Source of the DNA: a candidate division WOR-3 bacterium
GTDB taxonomy: Bacteria > Hydrothermota > Tepidihabitantia > SM23-42
NCBI GenBank assembly: GCA_020355325.1
Contig: CP070664.1
Location: 2,589,189-2,653,188 of the forward strand
Reading direction: 5' to 3'
DNA length: 64,000 nt
Part shown: positions 28,461-37,367 of the stretch, piece after piece
How the letters are laid out: every line of letters begins with the position of its first letter
Numbering within the stretch: the stretch's first letter is position 1
Translations under genes and position numbers: made by a program
Notes under the pieces: generated by a model
Told to the model about the DNA's origin: nothing
What the model saw: the letters and a program-made list of their open reading frames with translations, nothing else
Databases searched by the model: none

Positions 28461-29726
28461 TTGATGGAATATATTAAAAGAACAGCAATACTTGTCTTAG
28501 CGTTAAGTTTCTCTCTTATTTCTAAACCGCTCTTTGCCCAAGATGTCTATCTTAGATTGACCGATTATGGCGGGGGTAAAACAAATATTGTTATTGAACC
28601 ATTTTTTGTATCGAGACTTTCAGATGAGTTAATAACGAAAGTTAGAAACATCGAACATATTGTAAAAAATGACTTGGAGTATTCACTGTATTTTGAAATT
28701 TATTCTGACACTATCTTTTTAATACAGTCGGACAGTCAGGGAATTGTTCTAAAGGGCAGTGTGGATAATGAACGATTGTCGATTGTACTGGAAGACTTCC
28801 TATCGCGCGAGACAATAGCACGCAGGGACTACAAACTGAGTACGGATATCCGTAAACTCAGCCATACCATCTCCGACGATGTGGTTGAGATTTTAACTGG
28901 GGAGAAAGGGATTGCGTCAACAAAAATTGTCTTCTCATATAAAACGGCCACCGGCAAGGAATTAGCAATGATTGACTACGACGGCTTTACCTTCACGCCA
29001 TTAACGAAAAACGAAAACTTCAACCTATTTCCCGCGTGGGCTCCGGATGGCAAGAGAGTTTTGTTTTCGACCTATCTGAGGGGTCGTTTAAATCTCTATG
29101 TATTTGATTTAGAAAGGCGGGTTATAGAATCACTCTCATCGTTTCAGGGACTAAATTTTGCGCCGTGTTGGTCTCCAGATGGCACGAAAATTTGTCTAAG
29201 TTTAACTAAAGATGGCAATGCGGAAATCTATCTTTTAGATCTCGAGACGAAAAAGCTCAATCGTCTCACAAATAATCGAGCGATCGATGTCTCTCCAGCA
29301 TTCTCTCCTAACAGTCGAGAGATTGCCTTCGTGTCAGACCGTAGTGGTAACCCACAAATATATGTTATGGATATTTATGGTGGTAATGTGAGGCGCCTCA
29401 CCTACCACGGTAGTTATAATACATCACCAGCATGGTCTCCGCGTGGGGATATCATAGCCTATGTTTCACGGGAGGATGATAATTCGCAACAAATCTATAT
29501 TACAGATCCCTATGACTTCAGTCCCATCCGTCTCACCTATGACGGTAATAATGAGGAGCCATCGTGGTCTCCAGATGGTTTACATATCGTCTTCGCCTCA
29601 AATCGGCATGGCAGATATGAGCTCTGTACCATGAATTGGGATGGCTCGAGACAGCGAAGACTTACCAATAGTATTACTGCCAATGGGCCAGACTGGTCTC
29701 CCGTACCTCGATTGAGTATTAACTAA
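28461..29726 (+). CDS. tolB: Tol-Pal system beta-propeller protein TolB
   Basis: 421 aa. Signal peptide. Repeated PAWSPDG, PCWSPDG, PAFSP and PSWSPDG blades. Confidence 0.85.
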   Translation: MMEYIKRTAILVLALSFSLISKPLFAQDVYLRLTDYGGGKTNIVIEPFFVSRLSDELITKVRNIEHIVKNDLEYSLYFEIYSDTIFLIQSDSQGIVLKGSVDNERLSIVLEDFLSRETIARRDYKLSTDIRKLSHTISDDVVEILTGEKGIASTKIVFSYKTATGKELAMIDYDGFTFTPLTKNENFNLFPAWAPDGKRVLFSTYLRGRLNLYVFDLERRVIESLSSFQGLNFAPCWSPDGTKICLSLTKDGNAEIYLLDLETKKLNRLTNNRAIDVSPAFSPNSREIAFVSDRSGNPQIYVMDIYGGNVRRLTYHGSYNTSPAWSPRGDIIAYVSREDDNSQQIYITDPYDFSPIRLTYDGNNEEPSWSPDGLHIVFASNRHGRYELCTMNWDGSRQRRLTNSITANGPDWSPVPRLSIN

Positions 29727-29912
29727 GTAGGAAGTAAATAGTCTCGACACAGAAATCGGAGGATGTTCGTTTCTCCTGCCAAATCTAAATTTTGGGGAAA
29801 ACGGCATAGTACGTAGTTAGTAGACAGTAACTATGCCCTCCTTGCAGAGTAGATATTTACATTACTGAAACCTTATATACATTCTTGTAGTTTTCGGGTT
29901 TACTCCAAATAC

Positions 29913-30134
29913 TTATTTGCCTATACTCTCAATCTTCTTCTCCAAGTCTTCAATTTTTGCCTTCAACTTCTCTTTTTCTGCCCTTGAAATTTTTACACGT
30001 ACGCGAACCAGGAGGTAGATTACGATAATAATCATTATTATCTGAGCAATTACTACTGCTTGAGATTCGTGGATGATTCCAAAGATTAAAGTAATAAATC
30101 CCAGTACTAAAACACTGATCAACCCTTCTACCAT
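29913..30134 (-). CDS. small membrane protein (2 TM plus coiled-coil tail), unknown function
   Basis: 73 aa. SD gggagg 5 nt upstream. Two hydrophobic helices, then a KEKLKAKIEDLEKK tail. Confidence 0.5.
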   Translation of the reverse strand: MVEGLISVLVLGFITLIFGIIHESQAVVIAQIIMIIIVIYLLVRVRVKISRAEKEKLKAKIEDLEKKIESIGK

Positions 30135-30292
30135 TTCACCTCCCTACATAGGTCAAATGCCTAAATACCTAAAATCATAAATTATCTAAACATCTAAGGA
30201 TCAATGTATCTAAGCGAAAGAAATTTCCTGCACTGTAGAAATCATTAGTCTTTGACGAGATTACTATAAAACTATCCAACCATCTAACCACT

Positions 30293-30913
30293 TTACTTTC
30301 CTCGCACAATTTCCTTAACCCTCATCAGTCGGGTTAAATCTCCTCTCTCAATTTCAGATAGTTTCAGATTGATAAATTTAATGGTTTCGTCAATTGAAGG
30401 AATGAGAATATATTCCAATGCATTAACTCTTCTTCTTGTCTTTTCGATTTCTGTTGCGAGCAGTTCCAGCGTTTTTTCTAATTCTGCAAGGTCGAGCAAT
30501 TGAGATATGAGCTGGTCGATTTTGAGGAGAGCAAGATCCAAGTCACCCGAAGTCGATAAAAACCCGTAGCTAATTAACCGTCCCGAAATGCTCTTAGAAA
30601 ATCGTGGGATTTGCAAATTTAACACACGTTCGGTTGTGTAACTAATTTCAATTATCTTCGTAGTTGCCAACAGTGCCTCATCAGTAGCTTTTGGTATCTG
30701 TTTGCTCGAGGCGAAATAGAAATATCCAAAAGCCTTCCGCAAATCATCCTCTATCTTCAGTCGTGTTTCTCTTATTTTATTTACCAGTTCAAGAATTTTT
30801 CTCATGAGTTCGTCCTGCTTATCTTTAAGGAGTTTATGACCGCGTCGTGCAATAGCGCCGCGGCGCTTCAGTCGGAGCAATTGCATCCTGGTTGGTGGTA
30901 TATCGAGCTTCAT
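30293..30913 (-). CDS. atpD: A/V-type ATP synthase subunit D
   Basis: 206 aa. PTRMQLLRLKRR..GHKLLKDKQDEL N-terminus is typical of the central-stalk D subunit. Confidence 0.85.
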   Translation of the reverse strand: MKLDIPPTRMQLLRLKRRGAIARRGHKLLKDKQDELMRKILELVNKIRETRLKIEDDLRKAFGYFYFASSKQIPKATDEALLATTKIIEISYTTERVLNLQIPRFSKSISGRLISYGFLSTSGDLDLALLKIDQLISQLLDLAELEKTLELLATEIEKTRRRVNALEYILIPSIDETIKFINLKLSEIERGDLTRLMRVKEIVRGK

Positions 30914-31064
30914 CTCTTAACACCTTTCGCAACGATAATAGTATATCGTTCTAGTAATTTTATACCCCACATTATAGAGATCAATTGAATGTCGCAGGGC
31001 CAATGAAGTAATTGGATATTAGTTTTTGAATATTTATTAGTCATTTGTAATTTGACATTTGTGA

Positions 31065-32567
31065 TTAACTTTTTGTTTCCTTGCCTGTCTTCTCTTGTTT
31101 TTTCGTAGGAGTCTTTTTATTCTTTTGCGTGGTTTTTTTCTTTTCTTTTCGTGCTTCCTCTTCTTTTTTTTCGTGTAAAGTCTCAACAGCCTTTCCTGCG
31201 CGATCGTAGTATTTCTTTAAATACTCCTCCCTTACCCTTTTCATCTCTGCGCGTGGTACTTGTTTCAGTAGTTCCCAACCTAAATCTAACGTTTCATCTA
31301 TTGTCCTATCTTCTGATTCTCCTTGAGAGATGTACCGCGCTTCAAAATCTTCAGAAAACTTGAGGTAAATTTTATCCAAATCTGAGAGTGCTGCTTCTCC
31401 TAAGATGACTGACAGTTCTGCTGCTTCTTTGCCTCGTGCATAACATGCAATGAGTTGATTAAACAAATCAGCGTGATCCTCTCTTGTTTTTCCTTTACCG
31501 ATGCCCTTGTCCTTGAGTCGCGAGAGAGACTGTTGGACATCAACTGGTGGCGCAACTTTTTTTCGATACAACGAGCGTGAAAGAATGATTTGTCCTTCCG
31601 TTATGTAACCAGTCAAATCTGGTATGGGATGCGTTTTATCGTCTTCAGGCATAGTCAGAATTGGTATTAACGTTATTGACCCTTTTTTTTCTTTGATTCG
31701 ACCCGACCGCTCATAAACAGAAGCCAGATCTGTATACAGGTAGCCAGGATACCCTCGTCTTCCAGGAATCTCTTTTCGTGCAGCAGAAATTTCCCTGAGT
31801 GCCTCTGCATAATTTGTCATGTCAGAGAGCACGACGAGTATGTGTAACCCTTTTTGAAAAGCAAGGTACTCAGCAACCGTGAAGGCGACCCTGGGGGTCG
31901 AAACACGTTCAATTGCTGGGTCATCGGCGAGGTTCAGAAATAGGACAACCCGCTCGAGCGCTCCCGATTCGGTAAAATCTTGAATAAAAAAGTTTGCTTC
32001 TTCAAATGTGATACCCATTGCTCCAAAGACGACAGCAAACGCCTCTTCTTTGCCTAAAACTTTTGCCTGGCGTGCAATCTGCGCAGCAACGCGGTTATGT
32101 GGCAATCCAGAACCCGAGAAGATGGGAAGTTTCTGCCCTCGCACCAGTGTATTGATTCCATCGATTGAGGAAATTCCAGTCTGGATAAATTCATTTGGAT
32201 AGTCACGGGCAGTTGGATTTATCGGTGCGCCGTTTATGTCAAGCATTGTCTCGGGTATAATTGATGGACCACCGTCTTGTGGTCGGCCAAGCCCGTCGAA
32301 TACTCTCCCGAGCATATCAGCGGAAACTCCAATATGGAGCGTACGCCCCAGAAAACGAACTTGACAGTTTTGGACATCGATGCCGGTTGAACCCTCAAAG
32401 ATCTGAACGAGTGCTCTGTCTTTGTCAACTTCTAGAACTCTTCCTCTCTTTTTCTCGCCGGTTCCAGTATAGATTTCAACTAATTCTTCGTATTTTGCTC
32501 CATCAACACCTTCAACAAGCAATAGAGGACCCGAGACACTTGTAATACTACTATATTCCTTGATCAC
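31065..32567 (-). CDS. atpB: A/V-type ATP synthase subunit B, with ~40-aa K-rich C-terminal extension
   Basis: 500 aa. [13 protein letters not shown] start and conserved B-subunit core. Tail is [35 protein letters not shown]. Confidence 0.9.
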   Translation of the reverse strand: MIKEYSSITSVSGPLLLVEGVDGAKYEELVEIYTGTGEKKRGRVLEVDKDRALVQIFEGSTGIDVQNCQVRFLGRTLHIGVSADMLGRVFDGLGRPQDGGPSIIPETMLDINGAPINPTARDYPNEFIQTGISSIDGINTLVRGQKLPIFSGSGLPHNRVAAQIARQAKVLGKEEAFAVVFGAMGITFEEANFFIQDFTESGALERVVLFLNLADDPAIERVSTPRVAFTVAEYLAFQKGLHILVVLSDMTNYAEALREISAARKEIPGRRGYPGYLYTDLASVYERSGRIKEKKGSITLIPILTMPEDDKTHPIPDLTGYITEGQIILSRSLYRKKVAPPVDVQQSLSRLKDKGIGKGKTREDHADLFNQLIACYARGKEAAELSVILGEAALSDLDKIYLKFSEDFEARYISQGESEDRTIDETLDLGWELLKQVPRAEMKRVREEYLKKYYDRAGKAVETLHEKKEEEARKEKKKTTQKNKKTPTKKQEKTGKETKS

Positions 32568-34423
32568 GTTTCCTCCTCTTTCTTTTCTTTCTCAGCCATT
32601 TTCTCTTCAACCTTCTCATCTGCTTCTTCGGCTTCGGTTTCTTCATCCTCACCTTCTCTCTTAATTTCACCTGCTATGAGTTTCTCAAATATCTTTTCAA
32701 CGCGCTCTTTTAGTACACCTATCTTTTTCTCACTTTCTGATTCTGCTAGATATTTCATGCGGGCAATCTGATCTCTTATGCCCATGTTTACTATATCTGA
32801 AAATGCTACACCCTTTGCTAATGCTTCTTTTGCTTTATTGTAGTAAAACATACAGAGCGCAAGCATGTTGTACTGTTTCCTGAGTGAAGCATATGTATCA
32901 ATTTCATGAAATGCATTTTGGTGCAGGAAATCTTCCCTTACGGAACGTGCGCCTTCAAGGATTAAACGGTCTTCTGGAGAGAGTGCATCAACACCGATGA
33001 GCCGCACAATTTCTTGCAATTCTGCTTCCTGTTCTAAGAGTCGCATTGCTTCTTTGGATAGATCAGTAAAATCTTTTGCGACAAGTTTATTTAAATCGGC
33101 ACTCACATCATCGAGGTAGAGGGAATAAGAATTTAACCAGGATATTGCTGGAAAATGTCGTTGATAGGCAAGCCTATCTTCGAGACTCCAGAATACCTTG
33201 ACGACGCGTAGCGTTGCTTGCACAACAGGATCTGATAAATCACCTCCAGGCGGTGACACTGCGCCGATAACGCTTAATGCACCTTGCCGGTCTGGTTTAC
33301 CCAATGTTTTTACGCGTCCTGCTCGTTCATAGAATGCACTCACCTTCGCACCGAGATACGCAGGATAACCCTCTTCACCGGGCATCTCTTCTAATCGTCC
33401 TGAGATTTCTCGCATTGCCTCAGCCCACCGTGAGGTGGAATCCGCCATGACTGCAACCGAAAAACCCATATCCCGAAAGTATTCAGCGATTGTAATACCA
33501 GTATATACCGAAGCCTCCCGTGCTGCTACAGGCATGTTTGATGTATTTGCAATGAGTACAGTGCGCTTCATGAGTGGTTCTCCAGACCGCGGGTCTTTCA
33601 GTTCAGGAAATTCTAACAGCACATCGGTCATCTCATTTCCACGTTCACCGCAACCGATATATACGATGATTTCGGCATCAGCCCATTTTGCTAGTTGATG
33701 TTGAATAACTGTTTTGCCCGATCCGAATGGACCTGGACAACAGGCAGTACCGCCCTTTGCAATCGGGAAGAACGTATCAATGACCCTCTGCCCAGTTGCG
33801 AGGGGAACAGTCGGAGCGAGCCTTTCTCTATATGGTCTGGGAATTCGTACGGGCCAGCGTTGTAGCATCGTGAGTTCAACCTTACCATTTTCTCCTTCTA
33901 ACTCACATACCACATCAGTTACTAAAAATTCACCTCCTGCAATGTTCTTGACCTTACCCTTGACATTGGGAGGTATCATAACCTTATGGGTTATCAAAAT
34001 CGTCTCTTTAACCTCGCCAATTACATCTCCGGGACCCACGGCATCACCCTTCTTCACCAGAGGTTTGAACTGCCACTTTTTGTCCCGTTCGAGTGCTGGA
34101 ACTTCTATACCTCGTTTAATATTATCACCAGTTTGATCCCTAATAATATCTAACGGTCTTTGAATACCATCAAATATTGATTCGATGAGTCCAGGACCGA
34201 GCTCGACATACAATGGTTGATCAGTCATGTATACCGGTTCTCCGGGGCCAATGCCTGATGTATCCTCGTACACCTGAATCGATGCGAGGTCTCCAGAGAG
34301 TCCGATGATCTCTCCGACCAACCGCTCTTCGCTTACGCGTACCACATCGTACATCTTACTTCCGGTCATTCCTTTTGCGATAACTAATGGTCCCGAAACT
34401 TTAACTATTTCGCCTTTTCTCAT
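32564..34423 (-). CDS. atpA: A/V-type ATP synthase catalytic subunit A, with ~40-aa E/K-rich C-terminal extension
   Basis: 619 aa. Walker [17 protein letters not shown] motif. Acidic tail [30 protein letters not shown]. Confidence 0.9.
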   Translation of the reverse strand: MRKGEIVKVSGPLVIAKGMTGSKMYDVVRVSEERLVGEIIGLSGDLASIQVYEDTSGIGPGEPVYMTDQPLYVELGPGLIESIFDGIQRPLDIIRDQTGDNIKRGIEVPALERDKKWQFKPLVKKGDAVGPGDVIGEVKETILITHKVMIPPNVKGKVKNIAGGEFLVTDVVCELEGENGKVELTMLQRWPVRIPRPYRERLAPTVPLATGQRVIDTFFPIAKGGTACCPGPFGSGKTVIQHQLAKWADAEIIVYIGCGERGNEMTDVLLEFPELKDPRSGEPLMKRTVLIANTSNMPVAAREASVYTGITIAEYFRDMGFSVAVMADSTSRWAEAMREISGRLEEMPGEEGYPAYLGAKVSAFYERAGRVKTLGKPDRQGALSVIGAVSPPGGDLSDPVVQATLRVVKVFWSLEDRLAYQRHFPAISWLNSYSLYLDDVSADLNKLVAKDFTDLSKEAMRLLEQEAELQEIVRLIGVDALSPEDRLILEGARSVREDFLHQNAFHEIDTYASLRKQYNMLALCMFYYNKAKEALAKGVAFSDIVNMGIRDQIARMKYLAESESEKKIGVLKERVEKIFEKLIAGEIKREGEDEETEAEEADEKVEEKMAEKEKKEEET

Positions 34424-34743
34424 TTTTCCTCCAAAAAGACATCAGCGCCAACTGCTTTTTTTATCACACCTCGTATTCGCTCTATCGCGAGTTTTGTCTT
34501 CCCTCTGCCGGTGGGGATTGGGATTAGACAAGGAAATGTTTCAGTTCGATACTTCGCGAGAACCTCATGCAATTCGTTAATAAATTCTTCAGTGAAGAAG
34601 ATAATTTTCACACCTTCTTTAATCAAATCTTCCACAGCCTTAACACTTTCTCCCTTTTTTACATAGACCACTTTTGCACCAGTGGCAAGAAACGGCATTA
34701 TTGTTTCTTTCTCTCCGATGATTGCCAGAGCACTACCAGACAT
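34420..34743 (-). CDS. atpF: A/V-type ATP synthase subunit F
   Basis: 107 aa. [18 protein letters not shown] pattern typical of the F subunit. Confidence 0.75.
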   Translation of the reverse strand: MSGSALAIIGEKETIMPFLATGAKVVYVKKGESVKAVEDLIKEGVKIIFFTEEFINELHEVLAKYRTETFPCLIPIPTGRGKTKLAIERIRGVIKKAVGADVFLEEK

Positions 34744-35647
34744 CGGGTATACTCTCCTTCAGATCTTCATTGGGTACTTCATTGAATTTTCCCCAATATA
34801 CCTGCCGAAGCTTTTTAATTTCACTCATCTTAAAATGAAAGTATCCGTAAAGTGGCTCTATGCCAAATGTCATTCTTCGAGCCTGCAATAAAAATTCTAA
34901 TTTCATTTCTTCACACATTCTTTCTAATCTAAGGAAGGAATGACGCTCCTCAATAAATGCACTCCCCCTATCCATGATTTTTGCGTATTGAGTAGTAAAA
35001 AAAATTTTGGTGAAAAGGTCATGATGAGCTGCGAGATTTTCTGTGAAGATTTTTTTTTCAAGAGAGCCATACGGTATGTAGACTTGTTGAAAGATTTCAT
35101 GGCTGTTCTCAAACTGACGCGCTCTAAAAAAATTGCGGATATTTTCTAGGTCAAAAAAATATTCATAATACATGCTGAAGAATGGAGAAAATTGTGCTGT
35201 TTCATAAAGATGTTTACACAAAATCTTGTCAAGATTTGTCGAGAGCAGGAAGGGCTCTTTTTCTAGAGCGAATCGTTCTATTTCTTCAATAACCTCGGGC
35301 CAATGCTCGACCTCGGACTGTTCGTGTGGATACAGCAAATGGTCGTCTCCCCTCTTTAATTTGACCTTGAGATTGTGCATCTGTTCAGGCCAATCGATTA
35401 ACTGATTGACGGCCGGCGTTTGGCAAAACTGATTGAAGAATGCCCGTACCGCACTTTCTTCTGTCTCGAGACTCGTGTCGATATCTTTCTGGACCACATA
35501 GGGTGTATCAGATAAGAGTGTCGGAAAACTCGGCAATTCAGATGCGATGAGCCGATCAAATTGGCCTCTCGTAAGCAGCCTCGCTTCTCGCGCCCTGATG
35601 ATTCCATTTACATATGCGTATCGTGTGTCTTCTGTTCCCTGTATCAT
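34733..35647 (-). CDS. atpC: A/V-type ATP synthase subunit C (eukaryotic d-like)
   Basis: 304 aa. YAYVNGIIRAREARLL N-terminal signature of subunit C. Confidence 0.7.
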   Translation of the reverse strand: MIQGTEDTRYAYVNGIIRAREARLLTRGQFDRLIASELPSFPTLLSDTPYVVQKDIDTSLETEESAVRAFFNQFCQTPAVNQLIDWPEQMHNLKVKLKRGDDHLLYPHEQSEVEHWPEVIEEIERFALEKEPFLLSTNLDKILCKHLYETAQFSPFFSMYYEYFFDLENIRNFFRARQFENSHEIFQQVYIPYGSLEKKIFTENLAAHHDLFTKIFFTTQYAKIMDRGSAFIEERHSFLRLERMCEEMKLEFLLQARRMTFGIEPLYGYFHFKMSEIKKLRQVYWGKFNEVPNEDLKESIPDVW

Positions 35648-35922
35648 CTCGATTGAGTTATTTTTATTATGTTCCCTTGTTCATTGAGCGTGACCGTTAA
35701 AATTCGCTCTAAAGAAACTTTATCTTCCGTTTTAATAGTTTTCCTAAATTGTAAGCGGTATACGCGTCTGAACTCTTTTGCAACGCCGAGCGAAAGTCTA
35801 CGATAAATATCTTTTTGAGGCGCAATCTTCTTTTCTATTATCGTGGGCTCTATTCCTTTGAATTCGGGGAATTCTTTGGAAATTTTTTTCTTTATGGTAT
35901 TAACCCTCTTGCGATCAATCAT
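35644..35922 (-). CDS. hypothetical 92-aa basic protein, translationally coupled into the ATPase operon
   Basis: 4-nt overlaps at both ends (with the C25-like gene and with atpC). No motif recognised. Confidence 0.5.
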   Translation of the reverse strand: MIDRKRVNTIKKKISKEFPEFKGIEPTIIEKKIAPQKDIYRRLSLGVAKEFRRVYRLQFRKTIKTEDKVSLERILTVTLNEQGNIIKITQSR

Positions 35923-36983
35923 ATGCTTCTCTTAATGTTCGGTATTCTCTTCTTAAATCTCATTGTTGGGTCACCATAGAGGACGAACTGGAGAAGTGTT
36001 TTCTGGTCGTCATCGTCCAGAAAACCGTGTCGTCTGAGTGCCTTACGGGCAAAGTCAATTTTTGCGTTCTTGAAACTTTCGCCGATCGTGAGTCCTTGTT
36101 TTATATACTCGAAGAAGTACTTTACTAATAAATCGGCCTCACTCGAGGGCGGACTTATAGGACCATAGGAAATTGTCGTTGAACCGCAGAAACCGTAAAC
36201 GTTGTCCTGACTCAGAAATTTCAGGGAAATTGCATCCTTATGAGATTTATCCAGAATGTATGCACCATAACACGACTCAGATGTTGCGATGCCCGAAGCA
36301 TGAATGATGTTTTCAGGACTTAATGCCACTGGATATTGGCCACCATCCTGACCATACCAATTTGGTGAAACCTTACTGCCATGGAGATTAAAATAGAGGA
36401 AATCCTTATTCTGTAGCCATTGAAGTTTGAATCTATCACTGGTGACAGGAGGGGATACTTTTAAATCCTTTATGTTTCCAATCCGTCGATAGACATTCTT
36501 TGATGCCTCTTTCCATATCTTCGCGGTAATTCCGAAAGATTTCTTCGTGTTCTTGAACCCTTTTTTGAATTGCTGACCGATAAAATGAGCATTTTTGTTA
36601 TCGGGAATGCGGGCACATACCCTCTCAGGAATCAAAAAATTATCGTCCTGTGATGCATAGGGATTATCTGACAGAACGCTCATATCGCTGTCTTCACAAG
36701 GGTTTTCAAGGCGAAAGAATGGAACGATGTTATCTCCACCCACAAGCAATAAAAAATCGATAGTGCCCCACCTCTTTTCGATTTTGTTCACAAATGCTCG
36801 TATTGATTGTGCTCTCTTTTTCACGGGCCGTATCTTAAACTTATTTGGCTTGTCATAATACAAAAATTCAATGGTATAATCCTTTTTTTCTTTGATAAAA
36901 AAAGCTATTGCCTGCTCACATGGTGAAATATCTCGAATTTCCTTCTGGAGTGCTTTTTTTCCACTTATTATAAGCATCCGCAT
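35919..36983 (-). CDS. clan-CD cysteine peptidase-like protein, gingipain (C25) fold, no signal peptide
   Basis: 354 aa. FLLLVGGDNIVPF, FNLHGSKVSPNWYG (His-Gly), SESCYGAY (Cys 37 residues later) and a terminal LYGDP. This mirrors the RgpB order of the HGS/AC dyad contexts. Confidence 0.55.
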   Translation of the reverse strand: MRMLIISGKKALQKEIRDISPCEQAIAFFIKEKKDYTIEFLYYDKPNKFKIRPVKKRAQSIRAFVNKIEKRWGTIDFLLLVGGDNIVPFFRLENPCEDSDMSVLSDNPYASQDDNFLIPERVCARIPDNKNAHFIGQQFKKGFKNTKKSFGITAKIWKEASKNVYRRIGNIKDLKVSPPVTSDRFKLQWLQNKDFLYFNLHGSKVSPNWYGQDGGQYPVALSPENIIHASGIATSESCYGAYILDKSHKDAISLKFLSQDNVYGFCGSTTISYGPISPPSSEADLLVKYFFEYIKQGLTIGESFKNAKIDFARKALRRHGFLDDDDQKTLLQFVLYGDPTMRFKKRIPNIKRSI

Positions 36984-36988
36984 TGCTG

Positions 36989-37016
36989 ATTATAACCAAA
37001 AAACGTGCAATGTCAA
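36989..37016 (-). promoter_or_regulatory. sigma70-type promoter, leaderless configuration, for C25-like/V-ATPase operon
   Basis: Minus-strand TTGACA 37016-37011, N16, TATAAT 36994-36989. The ATG at 36983 follows after 5 nt. Confidence 0.6.
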
Positions 37017-37059
37017 GAAACCCCCAGCATTTTGAAAGAAGTTGGTAGAGGTCAAAGAG

Positions 37060-37087
37060 TTGACATGACGAATTTCCTATATATAAT
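37060..37087 (+). promoter_or_regulatory. sigma70-type promoter for tRNA-Pro(TGG)
   Basis: TTGACA 37060-37065, N16, TATAAT 37082-37087. The mature tRNA 5' end at 37096 is 8 nt after the -10 box. Confidence 0.6.
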
Positions 37088-37095
37088 TGGCTAAA

Positions 37096-37172
37096 CGGGG
37101 CGTGGCGCAGTGGCTGAGCGCGCATGGTTTGGGACCATGAGGTCGTGGGTTCAAATCCCACCGCCCCGACCA
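37096..37172 (+). tRNA. tRNA-Pro (anticodon TGG), CCA encoded
   Basis: Manual fold gives CGGGGCG/CGCCCCG acceptor, anticodon stem CATGG/CCATG with loop TTTGGGA, T arm GTGGG-TTCAAAT-CCCAC, and discriminator A plus CCA. Confidence 0.9.
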
Positions 37173-37312
37173 TTAGACAAGCGGAAATCAAATGGTTTTT
37201 GTGTATGGAAGGGGGTCTAGTCGTGGGTTTCCCGTTTCTTTCATTAGGATAATATGACAAGGAAACGGGATCCTCGTGCCAGAAAGGCACGGGACAAATC
37301 CCATCCCCCTGA
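37173..37312 (+). repeat. tRNA-Pro-derived module, copy 1: decayed tRNA copy with two-hairpin insertion in the T-loop
   Basis: About 90% identical to 45073-45221. Contains gtcgtgggtt (37220-37229), hairpin tcccgtttc/gaaacggga (37230-37270), hairpin ctcgtgcc/ggcacggg (37273-37293), then acaaatcccatccccctga. Confidence 0.7.
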
Positions 37313-37319
37313 TTGGGTC

Positions 37320-37347
37320 TTGACAAACTTATGAATATGTATACAAT
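37320..37347 (+). promoter_or_regulatory. sigma70-type promoter for HAMP membrane protein gene
   Basis: TTGACA 37320-37325, N16, TACAAT 37342-37347. Confidence 0.5.
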
Positions 37348-37367
37348 ACTTAAGTATGGAGGCAAAA

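Noticed and set aside
29913-30134. 73-aa two-TM protein downstream of atpD as the missing proteolipid (K/c) subunit
   Set aside because: It lacks the Gly/Ala-rich helix packing and the conserved carboxylate in the second helix. It has a long charged coiled-coil tail and its own SD after a 158-nt gap.
36916-37365. 149-aa minus-strand ORF (and the 44949..45152 plus-strand ORF) spanning the tRNA-Pro loci
   Set aside because: They run straight through the tRNA-Pro genes, their promoters and the tRNA-derived modules. The open frames are a by-product of the conserved RNA sequence.
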